A stretch of 64,000 bases of DNA from a virus. Shown piece by piece: positions 28,545 to 38,214 of the stretch (its first letter is position 1; each line of letters begins with the position of its first letter). Below the pieces are notes generated by a model. That model saw nothing but the letters and a program-made list of their open reading frames with translations, had not been told where the DNA came from and ran no database searches. The translations under genes and the position numbers were made by a program. The stretch spans positions 14,701-78,700 of IMG/VR virus record IMGVR_UViG_3300050821_005171; one strand, 5' to 3'.

Positions 28545-28957
28545 ATCGAAATCAACCCACCGGGCGTCCTAAGCACATGCACTATACCAAGCTGAACGCT
28601 CTTAATTGCGTCAAACGGGGCCGTCTCTGTCGCATCCACGACACTGATCTCTGCATCGAATGCTCCGGGCCAGACCACAGACTGAAGGTCGGCCTGGGCC
28701 ATCCTGATCGTCACCTTGGCCGGTGCTCCCTCTGGACTGCCGCCCAAGTCGTTGACGGTCACGACCGAATCGTTTGCATTGGGGCCATCTGTAGACAGGT
28801 CCAGCAACGGGGCTCCGGTCCCCCAACTCAACTTAAACCGGACCACGTCGGCGTCTTCCAGAACCACCCCTGTGACGCCGTCAGCCTCGTACAGCGACGC
28901 CGAGAAGTCGATAGTCCTGTTTTGGTATACGTTGATCTCGAAGCTGCGTGGGGCCAT
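28541..28957 (-). CDS. Ig/BppU-N-like structural protein
   Basis: 138 aa beta-sandwich pattern in head cluster. Confidence 0.5.
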   Translation of the reverse strand: MAPRSFEINVYQNRTIDFSASLYEADGVTGVVLEDADVVRFKLSWGTGAPLLDLSTDGPNANDSVVTVNDLGGSPEGAPAKVTIRMAQADLQSVVWPGAFDAEISVVDATETAPFDAIKSVQLGIVHVLRTPGGLISI

Positions 28958-28968
28958 CCCAGAGAGCC

Positions 28969-29223
28969 TTAAACGGTAGTCGGTGCCGCAGTTGCTGAAG
29001 GTGTGGTTTTGGAGATAACCTCACGGCCACACGAGCACTGCCAGATGAACGAGACGATCTGCCCGTCCCTGATTGGTAATCCCTGTACCCAAGTATGGGC
29101 ATGTGTCGCAGCGCTGCCGGTTGCTGTCTGCCCGGTGAGCCCCTGGACCGGGTTCAGCGGTGTTTGTGCTCCAAGTGCCATAACTATCCCCATTAAGCAA
29201 AGCACCCGGCTGAGGTTTTGCAA
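28969..29223 (-). CDS. Small exported protein with His/Cys motif
   Basis: Signal-like N-terminus, HAHTW...CSCG. Confidence 0.45.
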   Translation of the reverse strand: MQNLSRVLCLMGIVMALGAQTPLNPVQGLTGQTATGSAATHAHTWVQGLPIRDGQIVSFIWQCSCGREVISKTTPSATAAPTTV

Positions 29224-29316
29224 CCGGCCGGGTGATTCGCAGTTGGCAGGAGAGTTTTCACCAGTGAGATTTCGCCCACAGGCAACACCTTTCGGTGTAA
29301 CCCACCTGTGTTTCCG

Positions 29317-29712
29317 TTAGTTGGACGTGATGTTTGCGCCGAAACTCTTCTTGTCGCACAGGAGCGTCACGCCGAACGTGAACGACGGGCTCGTACCGGC
29401 GATGGTGGCCACGGGTTGCACGTAACGCTTTGTGCGTCGCAGCGACCGGGTCACCTGCACGCCGGCCGCAGTGACGGCCGCCGGGGCGAAGTCCCCGATC
29501 GCAGTGAACGTGCCGTTGCTCGTGTCGCACTCCGTCAACGTGAGGGTGAGCGTCGGGGTCGTGCCCGTCGCCGTTCCCACGTTGATGATCGCCGTCACTT
29601 CCGGGTCGCAGCCCTGGAAGTCGATCGCACTGCCCGTCCCCGTGGACGTGAGGGCCTGTGATCCGAAACCGTTCCCGACGACCATGTTGTTCGGGATGTC
29701 GTTCTGTCGCAT
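29317..29712 (-). CDS. Capsid decoration/cement protein
   Basis: Thr-rich jelly-roll pattern (TGTGSAID...LTECD..GTFT...KRYVQ) near MCP; SD AAGGA. Confidence 0.7.
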   Translation of the reverse strand: MRQNDIPNNMVVGNGFGSQALTSTGTGSAIDFQGCDPEVTAIINVGTATGTTPTLTLTLTECDTSNGTFTAIGDFAPAAVTAAGVQVTRSLRRTKRYVQPVATIAGTSPSFTFGVTLLCDKKSFGANITSN

Positions 29713-29775
29713 GGCTTATTCCTTGGTATCCAGAAACTCAGGTCTAACGGGTGATTCGGGTTATGGCCCGGCGGT

Positions 29776-30291
29776 CTACTTTTCGCCCCTGGCCTTCATC
29801 ATTTGGTCCATGACAGTCTTGGCAACTGACGCCGCAATCACAGAGATATTCTCGGCCGTCATGCGGTTGTCGACAGGCAGGTCAACGGGTGGTTCGTCAG
29901 TCTTTCGGACGTCCAGGATCGTGAACATATAGTTCAAGAGCCCCTTGGGCCACTCGTGCTCTTTGTTCTTCACCAACCAGTCGTTGTGCATCTGGATCAG
30001 CCCATTGACCGTGGTCCCCATGATGGGGTCGGTCTCTTGAACTGCCGGAACGAAGTCGCCGGTCGGCTGGGAGTTGTTGCGCCCAACCAAGGCCGTGTCC
30101 TTGATGTTCTTCCAGCCATGCTGCCCCGGAGTGGCCCTGTGGGACCTCCACGCGACATTCGGGCCGATCTGGAGCACGACTCGGTACGTCTTGTCGTGCG
30201 CGACAAACTCAATGGGCCGGAGGTCCTTCGACAACTTTGCCGGAGGAAGCTCGCGGACACCCGTGAGTGTCGCCGTCGCTGAACCGCTCAT
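29776..30291 (-). CDS. Hypothetical protein
   Basis: 171 aa directly downstream of MCP. Confidence 0.6.
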   Translation of the reverse strand: MSGSATATLTGVRELPPAKLSKDLRPIEFVAHDKTYRVVLQIGPNVAWRSHRATPGQHGWKNIKDTALVGRNNSQPTGDFVPAVQETDPIMGTTVNGLIQMHNDWLVKNKEHEWPKGLLNYMFTILDVRKTDEPPVDLPVDNRMTAENISVIAASVAKTVMDQMMKARGEK

Positions 30292-30392
30292 TTGTCTATC
30301 CCATCATGGACAAGAATCGCTTCAAATTAAGGCGAAATTGAGTCTATTTGCGATCACTGTCCTGTTTTCGTCTATTCCACAATTGACACAGA

Positions 30393-31898
30393 TTACGAAT
30401 TGACCAGCGTGTCGATGTACCCGAAGGACATCTCGTGCCGAGGACCGGCGTCGATGTACTGGGTGCCGCGCATCGTCGAGATGCGCTGAGCGAACTTACT
30501 CGCGTCGCTGTTGGTCACGACGAGATCGATGATCCCGGCCCGGCCGATGATCCACTCCGGGCCAACGCCGCCCAGGACGATCGTCAGTGTCGTTCCGCTG
30601 CTCTTGACGCGGTTGATCGGAATGTTGGTCGAACCGAAGACCGGCCAACCGTTCAGGCCCATGTCCACCTTGCCGCCACCAACAGTGTTGGCGGAGATGT
30701 TGAACATGAACCGTCCGTTGGTGTCGGTCCGGGTAATCAAACCGCCCCACAGGGTGTTGGTCATCGCATAGAAGAAGCCGCGATCGACCGGGGCATTCTG
30801 GTCGGCGATTGCCGCGAACAATCGTGCGGGGTCCTGGGGAGAGAACGTGTCTCCAGTGGCGCCAGTCACTCCGGCCACGACAAGGTTCGTGTTGGCGTAG
30901 TTGATCACGCCCGTGATGGCGTCGCCGCCCGAACCGTTGATCTGGTCACGGTCGGTCTTTTTGGCCATGTCGAGCGTGAATTCCATCCGTAACCAGGCTT
31001 CGACAGCAACCGACGTCGCAAACTTAATCAACTCTTCCGGGATGTCGACCAACCCTGAGTACGCCTTGGCCTGCAAGAGCAGGAAGGCAGTCTGCGGCGT
31101 GCTGGCCGTGACGGTCTGCCCCTCGGAGTAGGCTGCGATTGTGGTGGCCTGCGTCACGCGCGGGAACCGGATCGAGCCCTGGGGCGGCAGGTCGATTTCC
31201 TGGGCTCCGGCCCGAGCGAATACTTCACGCGGACGGAGCAGCTCGATCAGCTCGCCCTGACCCGGAAAGGCGACCAACGCACCACCCGAAGTCGAGATGC
31301 TGGCCGAGAGCGTCTTTTCGAGACGTTCGCTGCCGGATCGGCGTGCAATCCATGCCAACTCGGCCGGGTCGTACCCATCGGTCGAGCCATGCGACATGTC
31401 GCGGCACTCTTTGACAAGCTGCACCGGAATTCCGGGGAGCTTTGTCGACTTGTGGGTGCCAGGGTCAATGACCTCGAACTCCTGCGTCGGCATGTGATCG
31501 CAGGACAGCGGCATCGCGAACCCGTTGCTGTCCGGGATGGCCATACCTGACTCGCGGTACGCCTTGTGGAGCCGAGTGGAGAGGTCCAGTTCCGGCTTGG
31601 CGTATTCCTGCCAATCGGAGAAGTTGTTGACGCGCTTGCAGAGAGCGGTCGTCATGCGGGCCATCGAGAACGGCCGGCTGGTCATGATCGACTCGCCTGT
31701 GCGAATGCCAGGGGCACCGGTCATCCAGGGCGTCTGGACCTGTTCGGCCTTTTCGAGCCGCTGATTGATGGACTCGACTTTGGCGTCCAGCCCCTCCATG
31801 CTGTCGAGGGCCTTATTCAGCCGGGCCAATTGTGCGGTCCGGTCGGTCGCCGGGGCGGCAGGAGCGTCAACAACGGCGGTCGGATTCTGGTCGGACAT
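30393..31898 (-). CDS. Major capsid protein (HK97 fold)
   Basis: Probable start 31898; N-terminal coiled coil, GGALV..ELIELLR, IRFPR, YSEGQ, IPEELI, LNGWPV. Confidence 0.9.
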   Translation of the reverse strand: MSDQNPTAVVDAPAAPATDRTAQLARLNKALDSMEGLDAKVESINQRLEKAEQVQTPWMTGAPGIRTGESIMTSRPFSMARMTTALCKRVNNFSDWQEYAKPELDLSTRLHKAYRESGMAIPDSNGFAMPLSCDHMPTQEFEVIDPGTHKSTKLPGIPVQLVKECRDMSHGSTDGYDPAELAWIARRSGSERLEKTLSASISTSGGALVAFPGQGELIELLRPREVFARAGAQEIDLPPQGSIRFPRVTQATTIAAYSEGQTVTASTPQTAFLLLQAKAYSGLVDIPEELIKFATSVAVEAWLRMEFTLDMAKKTDRDQINGSGGDAITGVINYANTNLVVAGVTGATGDTFSPQDPARLFAAIADQNAPVDRGFFYAMTNTLWGGLITRTDTNGRFMFNISANTVGGGKVDMGLNGWPVFGSTNIPINRVKSSGTTLTIVLGGVGPEWIIGRAGIIDLVVTNSDASKFAQRISTMRGTQYIDAGPRHEMSFGYIDTLVNS

Positions 31899-31923
31899 CG
31901 CATAACCCCTTCTGGTGCTGAAC

Positions 31924-33411
31924 CTACGGGCACTCGCCGCAGGCAACTTTGAGCCGTGTGTCTACATTTTCGACACGCTCGACGACACGGTTAAAAACCT
32001 TGGCTGCTCGTTCTAATGCGGCGTCGAGCAACTCGTCGTTCTGCTCGCTGTCCCGCTTCTCCAACTCGTTATCCAGGGTTTCGAGAACGCCGCGTTCGTC
32101 GTCGTCCTTGTCGCCTGGATAATCCGGCTCTGTGTTTCGCTTCTTCTTGCCGACAGCCGGGCCTTTACCACCCTCTTCCTCTGGCTCCAGGTCGCCTTCC
32201 AGCGACTCTCCGTCTAGAGGTTTGGGGCTGCCAGCAAACCCTTTGGCCATTGCTTTGTGCATCATGGCCATGTGTTTGTGGTACTGGGCCTGCATGTTGG
32301 CCATCGCTGTTTTGTGGGCCTTCTCCAAATCACCGAACAAATGCTCGGGATTGTCGAAGCCGCCACCAGCCACATCGTGTCGAACCTGCCCGGCCGGAGC
32401 GTTGGGAACTTCTCCCGGACGCCGCGTGTCGTGCGGGTTCTGCCTCGGCACATCCCGGGACGGGTCCACGTCCTTGTTGGTGTGCGTGGCATACAGCGAA
32501 CGGTATCCAGAAGCCCCAGGAGGGATGTCGCGGTCGGGGTCAACGTCCTTGTTGATTCCGCCGGGAGCAGGCTTCTTGGGCTTCTTAAGGCCAGGATTGT
32601 CGGAGGTCTCTGGCTTGGCAGCAGGAGAAGCCCCAGGCGACAGATAATGCGGCATCTTGCCGTCCGGCCCCGGCTTCGTGTTTGCAGTTCCTGTCGGGGC
32701 ATCCTCAGGGTGCTCGTCGGTGCCAACCGGGAGCTTATCGGCCCCAGGCTTGGCCCCCACGGGCATGTCTTCACCTTCCGCGCCGAGTTGCGGTGCGTTT
32801 CCTCCGGCACTGTGCGCATCGATCACATGGTCGGCAATTCCAGCCAGTGCCTCTTGGACTTCGGGCGGGAGATTCTGGAACCAGTTCGCATTGGACACCG
32901 GAGACGGGCCTGTGGCCGGGGCACCATCCCCATCGGTGCCAGGATCACTTGTCAGCCCTGAGCCTTGCTCGGCGACCGAAGGAATGTCACCGACTTCGAG
33001 TCCAGCCGCATCCGCAAGCGCAGTAACGTGTTGCAGTGCGTCTTCCGGTAGGTCGTCGATCATGTCCATCAGCGACATGACGTGAGCTTCGGGGGTCATC
33101 TCTGGGGACTGGGCGAGCGTTCCGGCCACGGGAGAATGACCCTGGGGCGGCTTGCCGCGAGGGATGTTCGCCTGGGGGACCGCCTTGTTGCGGTAGACCA
33201 TCCGCTTGGACAGTGCGTCGAGGCTCTTACGAAGCTCTTGGCGGGCTGCCGAGCCCTCTTCGGTGTCTCGCTTCACGAGCACGAAGCGGGCCTCTGGGAC
33301 GGCCGGCTTGTCGACGATCGAGATGTCATCGACAGTCACTCCGGACAGGCGGCGACGAAGTTTAACCGGCATTCCTGCCGTGACTCCGGGTGCCATGTTC
33401 GGGTTGGCCAT
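31924..33411 (-). CDS. Scaffold-like protein carrying an N-terminal fragment of the prohead protease fold
   Basis: Starts RRRLSGVTVDDISIVDKPAVPEARFVLVKR; remainder low complexity with NKDVDP.RD.P duplication. Confidence 0.65.
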   Translation of the reverse strand: MANPNMAPGVTAGMPVKLRRRLSGVTVDDISIVDKPAVPEARFVLVKRDTEEGSAARQELRKSLDALSKRMVYRNKAVPQANIPRGKPPQGHSPVAGTLAQSPEMTPEAHVMSLMDMIDDLPEDALQHVTALADAAGLEVGDIPSVAEQGSGLTSDPGTDGDGAPATGPSPVSNANWFQNLPPEVQEALAGIADHVIDAHSAGGNAPQLGAEGEDMPVGAKPGADKLPVGTDEHPEDAPTGTANTKPGPDGKMPHYLSPGASPAAKPETSDNPGLKKPKKPAPGGINKDVDPDRDIPPGASGYRSLYATHTNKDVDPSRDVPRQNPHDTRRPGEVPNAPAGQVRHDVAGGGFDNPEHLFGDLEKAHKTAMANMQAQYHKHMAMMHKAMAKGFAGSPKPLDGESLEGDLEPEEEGGKGPAVGKKKRNTEPDYPGDKDDDERGVLETLDNELEKRDSEQNDELLDAALERAAKVFNRVVERVENVDTRLKVACGECP

Positions 33412-33422
33412 GCTTGGTCCCT

Positions 33423-33469
33423 AAAACGAAAAAAGCCGCACTGGATAATTGGTAATCCAGAGCGGCTTT
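33423..33469 (-). terminator. Intrinsic terminator-like hairpin upstream of scaffold/capsid genes
   Basis: Minus strand AAAGCCGC-T-CTGGAT-TACCAATT-ATCCAG-T-GCGGCTTT-TTTCGTTTT. Confidence 0.75.
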
Positions 33470-33500
33470 AACGCTACCGCAGCGAAGAAGAATTCAGATT

Positions 33501-33716
33501 TTAGCCGAGTTGATCCTTATCGATCGTTACTCGGACGTTGCCGGCCTTTCCGCCGTTGATCGGAACCCGCACAGCAACAGCTCCGCGATGTCCCATTTTC
33601 ACAAATTCAACGATGGCTTCCGTGATTGCCTTGCGAGCCCTGGCTATCACCGCCTCGTTGTGCGAATCCACTTCATCATCGCGCAGGCAAGAAACCTGTT
33701 GGCTCACAAAATTCAC
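33501..33716 (-). CDS. Small DUF2292/YezD-like protein
   Basis: ...EFVKMGHRGAVAVRVPINGGKAGNVRV; same pattern as 6153-6455. Confidence 0.5.
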   Translation of the reverse strand: MNFVSQQVSCLRDDEVDSHNEAVIARARKAITEAIVEFVKMGHRGAVAVRVPINGGKAGNVRVTIDKDQLG

Positions 33717-33762
33717 CGCACGTCAAGAGTGTTGATTAAAAACTCAGGGAAGTCAATGGATT

Positions 33763-34050
33763 TCAGTCTCGAAGTTCAACCGGAGATTGTTCATACAACG
33801 ATTCGAGCCTGTCGTTTGCCCGCTCGATAATGGCTGCGGCCTGTGGTGTCAGGTCCTCTGGATAGCAGTCGACATGCCACACCCCATAGTCCCAAAACTT
33901 GCCGCCGAAGCCCAGATTTCCCTCAAATCGGTACTCAGTGCAGTCCTCGGCGACATTCAGGCAGAATGACTCGCGATCGTGCTCCTGAGCATCGCACTCC
34001 TCGACCAGGACGTTGTAAATTTCGTTGGCCCAGGCTCTGGGAATGTTCAT
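33763..34050 (-). CDS. Hypothetical phage protein
   Basis: EYRFEGNLGFGGKFW..VDCYPED; probable start 34050. Confidence 0.65.
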   Translation of the reverse strand: MNIPRAWANEIYNVLVEECDAQEHDRESFCLNVAEDCTEYRFEGNLGFGGKFWDYGVWHVDCYPEDLTPQAAAIIERANDRLESLYEQSPVELRD

Positions 34051-34122
34051 TTTTATTTGGTCGCGGTCGTCTGGAAGCGTTGGAATGTAAAGACTTGAGA
34101 GCGACTCCGAAATCATTTCGGA

Positions 34123-34998
34123 CTACACAGCAGGACTGGCGAACCCATCTGCTCCGATCGAAAAACCACGGAATTTACCAGCCAGGATGGCTTGCCTGAC
34201 CTCTGGATCATAGACCCTAAACGCAGCGAGCCACGTTCCTTCAGAGATAGGCACGCCGTTCACGACGTAATTTGGCGACCTGACGATATAACTCTCGACG
34301 AGCGGGCAGGATCGCTTGGAGAGCACAACTTTGTGCATGACGCCTGCGCGCTGACAGTCCTCGACGTAGGCGTGTGCGGCCAGTTCGATCTCACCCGCAT
34401 CGATCATGTCACCCTGCTTATCAACACGGTCCGGAACGAGAATCGGGCCGAGAATGTACGTGTAGTCTGGCGTGCTGTCCACCTTAGTGAACTCTGACGT
34501 CATCTCGGCGTGTGCCGCAACCTGTCCCGAGCCAGATGCCGCAAGGGCCGGTGCTGCTTCAGGTGTTTCTGTTGCCACTTCGGTGTCCTCCGATTCTGAA
34601 TCCGGTAGTTCGGCTGGCACCTGTGCCAAGCCAGGGTCGATAGTGATCTGCCCATCAGGCCCCACGCACACCCAGGTAGACCCGGTCCCCCAGTCGTTCG
34701 GCGCCGCCGTGCCGACGCTGATCCTGTCCGGGTGGATGCCGAGCGCCTGGGCGACGCCCTGTTTCCAAGGATAGTCAAACTGAGCAGCATCACGATCCGG
34801 CTTGAGTACCACGCGGGCAATTTGCTGGGCACGATCGTAAAATAACTGTCCCTGGTTGCTCGGTCCGCAGATGACATTGATGCTCGCCAAAAGAGTGCGG
34901 GCTACGTCTTCGGAGTGAGACTTTCGCAGGATCGCTTTGTGGAGCTTGCGACGCACCTTGCGTTTCTGTCGATTGGCTTTGCGAATCTGATCCTGCAT
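34123..34998 (-). CDS. XkdF-like prohead serine protease
   Basis: ILGPILVPDRVDKQGD, EIELAAH, VMH, LVESYI, GTW, GKFRGFSIG. Confidence 0.85.
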   Translation of the reverse strand: MQDQIRKANRQKRKVRRKLHKAILRKSHSEDVARTLLASINVICGPSNQGQLFYDRAQQIARVVLKPDRDAAQFDYPWKQGVAQALGIHPDRISVGTAAPNDWGTGSTWVCVGPDGQITIDPGLAQVPAELPDSESEDTEVATETPEAAPALAASGSGQVAAHAEMTSEFTKVDSTPDYTYILGPILVPDRVDKQGDMIDAGEIELAAHAYVEDCQRAGVMHKVVLSKRSCPLVESYIVRSPNYVVNGVPISEGTWLAAFRVYDPEVRQAILAGKFRGFSIGADGFASPAV

Positions 34999-35001
34999 TG
35001 T

Positions 35002-37629
35002 TTACTCCAGCACCGAGGTCACTGTACACCGACAGTTCACCCGATTCTCAGGTGACAAGCCGGGGTCACCCGGAAATCTAGCTCGCTCACCATTACTGAG
35101 AATGAACAGGCGACCTTCTCCGACTTGGGTGCCGTCCTCGTCGAGCACCACCCAATGGCCACCACGCTGCACGATCATTTGGCCAGCGACTTCTAGGTGC
35201 ATCTCGCGAGTGTTTCTATCTCGGATTGCCACCCACTGACGGCCTTGAACTATGTTGCGAGCGATGAGGTCCTCCTGAACGCTCCACTGCCCTCCCGCAA
35301 GCGCTGCTGTGATTTCCGTTCTCGCAATTCTCTCGGCTCGCACCTCGTTGAATAGGTTCTCCGAGTCCTCTGAGATATAGGTGGCAGTGTCCTCTGGCGT
35401 CCAGCCTTCCTCGATCGCACGCAACAGGATGTCACGCAGTCTCTGTCGCGTCGTGCCTGTTACGTTTGACCGCCAATACTGAGCGTTAAAGTCCTGGGCG
35501 AGCGTGTGCCTAATGCGCTTCACCATAGACGGGGGTATCTCCATAAACCCCTTGATCCGTCGCGATGATTTCGGCTCAGCAACCTCAGCTTTCTCAAATC
35601 TGCTGACGTGTCTCAGTTCAAGCTGAGCGCCAATGATTGCCGCATCGAACATCGGTTCCACAGCGGCGTCGAGCAGCAGCGCCTCTGATCGGCCCGGAGG
35701 TAACAGCACCCAAGCACTGTCAGGATTCACGGCCTTGGTGAGTCTCACGGTGCCGTTATCACCAGCAGGGACTAGCGATTTTGTGATACCGGAGAACGTC
35801 TCATACCGACTAATCACTTCGGACTTCTGCGTCTCCAGCGCTCCCAGTAGTGCCTCAGTGAATGGAGCCACCTGGGACTCGTGGGCGGCCTCCCACTCTC
35901 GCACCAACCGGTCCACCTGCTCTGACTTGAACAGCCGGCTCCGCTTCTTGGGCTCGAACATGGGATGTCTAGGCTTGTTTGGATCGCGAGCGTATCGAGG
36001 TGGAGACTCGACTGGAACTTCTTCTTGATCTCCGCCGTAGCCAAGATCACCCCCCTTCGTCGAGCTAACGTCCCGCTCGCCAAATGCGATCAGGTCGTCT
36101 AGCGACTGGCGCTCAGGACCGAGGCGAACCTTCTCCTGCCGTCCAAACAGTGGCGGCTTGCCGTTGCTGGGCGCGTGGCCGTTTCCATTGGCCGAGCCGT
36201 TCTGGCCATCCTGCCCTGGGGCCTTGCCGCCGAACGTAGTTGGCTTGGATGGCGGGGTATGGTTCTGTGACGCACCATCCGGGCTCGGCTGTCCCTCTCC
36301 CGGTTTGGCAGCAGCCACGATCCCGGGTTGCGGTTCGCCTTCGTCGTTGCCCCACTCGGCCATCTCGGAGCTTTTGGGGACGATCGGGCGCTTGCCACCA
36401 CGGCGGAACGGTTTCTTCTGGAACAGTAACTCGCGAACCTCGTTCTGATCGAGGGCTGCCCCTTTGATGCCCAGGTCGACCGCTTTGTGGATCAGTTCGA
36501 TGTCGCTTGGGACCACTGGAGAGAAGTATGCGAAGCAGTCGCCCGCAGGTTCAAATTCGCGCACAAGGCTGCGGGTAATGTGGGCTGCGTTGTGCTTCAG
36601 GCGGGGGTTGATTGTGTTTTCTGCCCATGCCTGAATAGCTGATTCCATATTGCTCCGGTTCGCATCGGCCACAAGGCCCACGACAGCTTTTGGCACTCCA
36701 AAAGTTGCTAATGTCATGGTTAACGTCGTATCGAGTGAGGCGCGAAAATCCATTTCTTTCACGCTTGACTGTTGCATCATCGGCTTCAAACCAGAGTGTG
36801 TAATCATCGGCCGCCCGCTATGTTCGACGAGCGTGTGCTGATTGATGATCTGGTTGTAAACCTGCTTCACCTGTGGCTCTGTCAGTGTCTTATCAGTGCT
36901 GAAAATCTGCCCAGGTGGTGCATAGTTCTGGAACTGATTCCGCAGCCGATCGTAGATCGTCATCTCGATGTCGGTCGTGTTGCCGCAGTGCCACAACGTC
37001 GGCGAGCCGTAGAACCTGCCGTTGCCGTACCAATCCAGGTTCGGCTCCATGAACTCGACGATCTCACTGGCAGGCAGGATTACCGGACGCTCAGTGTGCC
37101 ACAGATTCCTGATCTCGTATGCCTCGACATACTGCGTTCGGCTGGGAATCACCCGCACGAACTGCGAGGGCATTGGCCACACTTCTTTGGTGGTGCCGAA
37201 CAAATTACGGCCCTTCCACCAATAGGCGTTGCCCGTGAGCATCTTCCAGCCCTCGGTGTAGAACCACAGGTCCCACTCCGTGAACCTGGGATTCACGTTG
37301 AAGAAGAGCTGGCACAGTGGGTGATTGGAGGGCAATGGCTCGACGACCGTACCCGACTTCTTCGGGATGCGGCGGAGCATCTTGATCTCTTGCATCGCCA
37401 TCTTGCGGGCAATGGCCCCGGAGGCGATGAACACCGAGTTGCGGTTGGCTCGCAGGAATGCGTTGCGGTCGATCAGCCACTCGGCGCGGGTGTGCCGGTG
37501 GACAGGGCCGACCATGATCTCGGCGAAGTCGGCTGTGGATTTTTCCACGCGGACAGGGCGAGCGTTCCGGCCGCTGAGGGTTTCGGCGCGGCTGAATGCA
37601 TGATCTAGTGTGGCGCTAAGCGTCGTCAT
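35002..37629 (-). CDS. Portal protein fused to MuF (SPP1 gp7-like) minor head domain
   Basis: HPL..LF..VNP, LTGNAYW, FGVPKAVVG and ENTINP (portal); RAERIARTE and NCRC (MuF). Confidence 0.9.
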   Translation of the reverse strand: MTTLSATLDHAFSRAETLSGRNARPVRVEKSTADFAEIMVGPVHRHTRAEWLIDRNAFLRANRNSVFIASGAIARKMAMQEIKMLRRIPKKSGTVVEPLPSNHPLCQLFFNVNPRFTEWDLWFYTEGWKMLTGNAYWWKGRNLFGTTKEVWPMPSQFVRVIPSRTQYVEAYEIRNLWHTERPVILPASEIVEFMEPNLDWYGNGRFYGSPTLWHCGNTTDIEMTIYDRLRNQFQNYAPPGQIFSTDKTLTEPQVKQVYNQIINQHTLVEHSGRPMITHSGLKPMMQQSSVKEMDFRASLDTTLTMTLATFGVPKAVVGLVADANRSNMESAIQAWAENTINPRLKHNAAHITRSLVREFEPAGDCFAYFSPVVPSDIELIHKAVDLGIKGAALDQNEVRELLFQKKPFRRGGKRPIVPKSSEMAEWGNDEGEPQPGIVAAAKPGEGQPSPDGASQNHTPPSKPTTFGGKAPGQDGQNGSANGNGHAPSNGKPPLFGRQEKVRLGPERQSLDDLIAFGERDVSSTKGGDLGYGGDQEEVPVESPPRYARDPNKPRHPMFEPKKRSRLFKSEQVDRLVREWEAAHESQVAPFTEALLGALETQKSEVISRYETFSGITKSLVPAGDNGTVRLTKAVNPDSAWVLLPPGRSEALLLDAAVEPMFDAAIIGAQLELRHVSRFEKAEVAEPKSSRRIKGFMEIPPSMVKRIRHTLAQDFNAQYWRSNVTGTTRQRLRDILLRAIEEGWTPEDTATYISEDSENLFNEVRAERIARTEITAALAGGQWSVQEDLIARNIVQGRQWVAIRDRNTREMHLEVAGQMIVQRGGHWVVLDEDGTQVGEGRLFILSNGERARFPGDPGLSPENRVNCRCTVTSVLE

Positions 37630-37964
37630 TAAGCGACATTCAGGTTAGGGCCACCCTGGGACGGCATCTGGATCGACGTAGGGCCGCTCTTGGGGGCACT
37701 GAGCAAGGCGATCTCAGCTTCCAGACGTTCCCGGTCACGGGCTAGGGCTAGTGAAAGCTGATCGACGGTGAGGCCCTGTACCTTGAGCTTCATGTTGGCC
37801 ACTTCCAGGTCAACAGACAGCTCTTTGATCCGAGCGGCATCACCCTCGGCCTTCTCGTCGAGAATGCTGATCCTGTCCTCGTAGCGCTGCTTGATCCGCT
37901 CGAATTCTTGGCGTTCGCGGCGTCGGCGCACGAAGCGGGCCAGACGATATAAGACCTTGAGCAT
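37629..37964 (-). CDS. Coiled-coil hypothetical protein
   Basis: TAATG-coupled to portal. Confidence 0.6.
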   Translation of the reverse strand: MLKVLYRLARFVRRRRERQEFERIKQRYEDRISILDEKAEGDAARIKELSVDLEVANMKLKVQGLTVDQLSLALARDRERLEAEIALLSAPKSGPTSIQMPSQGGPNLNVA

Positions 37965-37995
37965 CAGGACATTGTGATTGACGGGGCCTGATGCG

Positions 37996-38214
37996 TCAAC
38001 GCGAAGGGGCCGGATACTGGTGATCGTCGGATTGAACCAGCTTCACTTCAAGCTGCTCGACCTGTTCGGTGAGCTTCTTTTCGTCGTGGGCCAGCATGTT
38101 GATGTCGGCTTCATGGCCCTCGATCTCGGTGCGGCATTTGCGCAGCTTGCGGCGAGCCTCGATCAGTTTGGTGCGAATCTCATCTGACGAGTGTTTGGTG
38201 CCAATCTCGCTCAC
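37996..38214 (-). CDS. Coiled-coil hypothetical protein
   Basis: GTGA overlap with MTase stop. Confidence 0.5.
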   Translation of the reverse strand: MSEIGTKHSSDEIRTKLIEARRKLRKCRTEIEGHEADINMLAHDEKKLTEQVEQLEVKLVQSDDHQYPAPSR

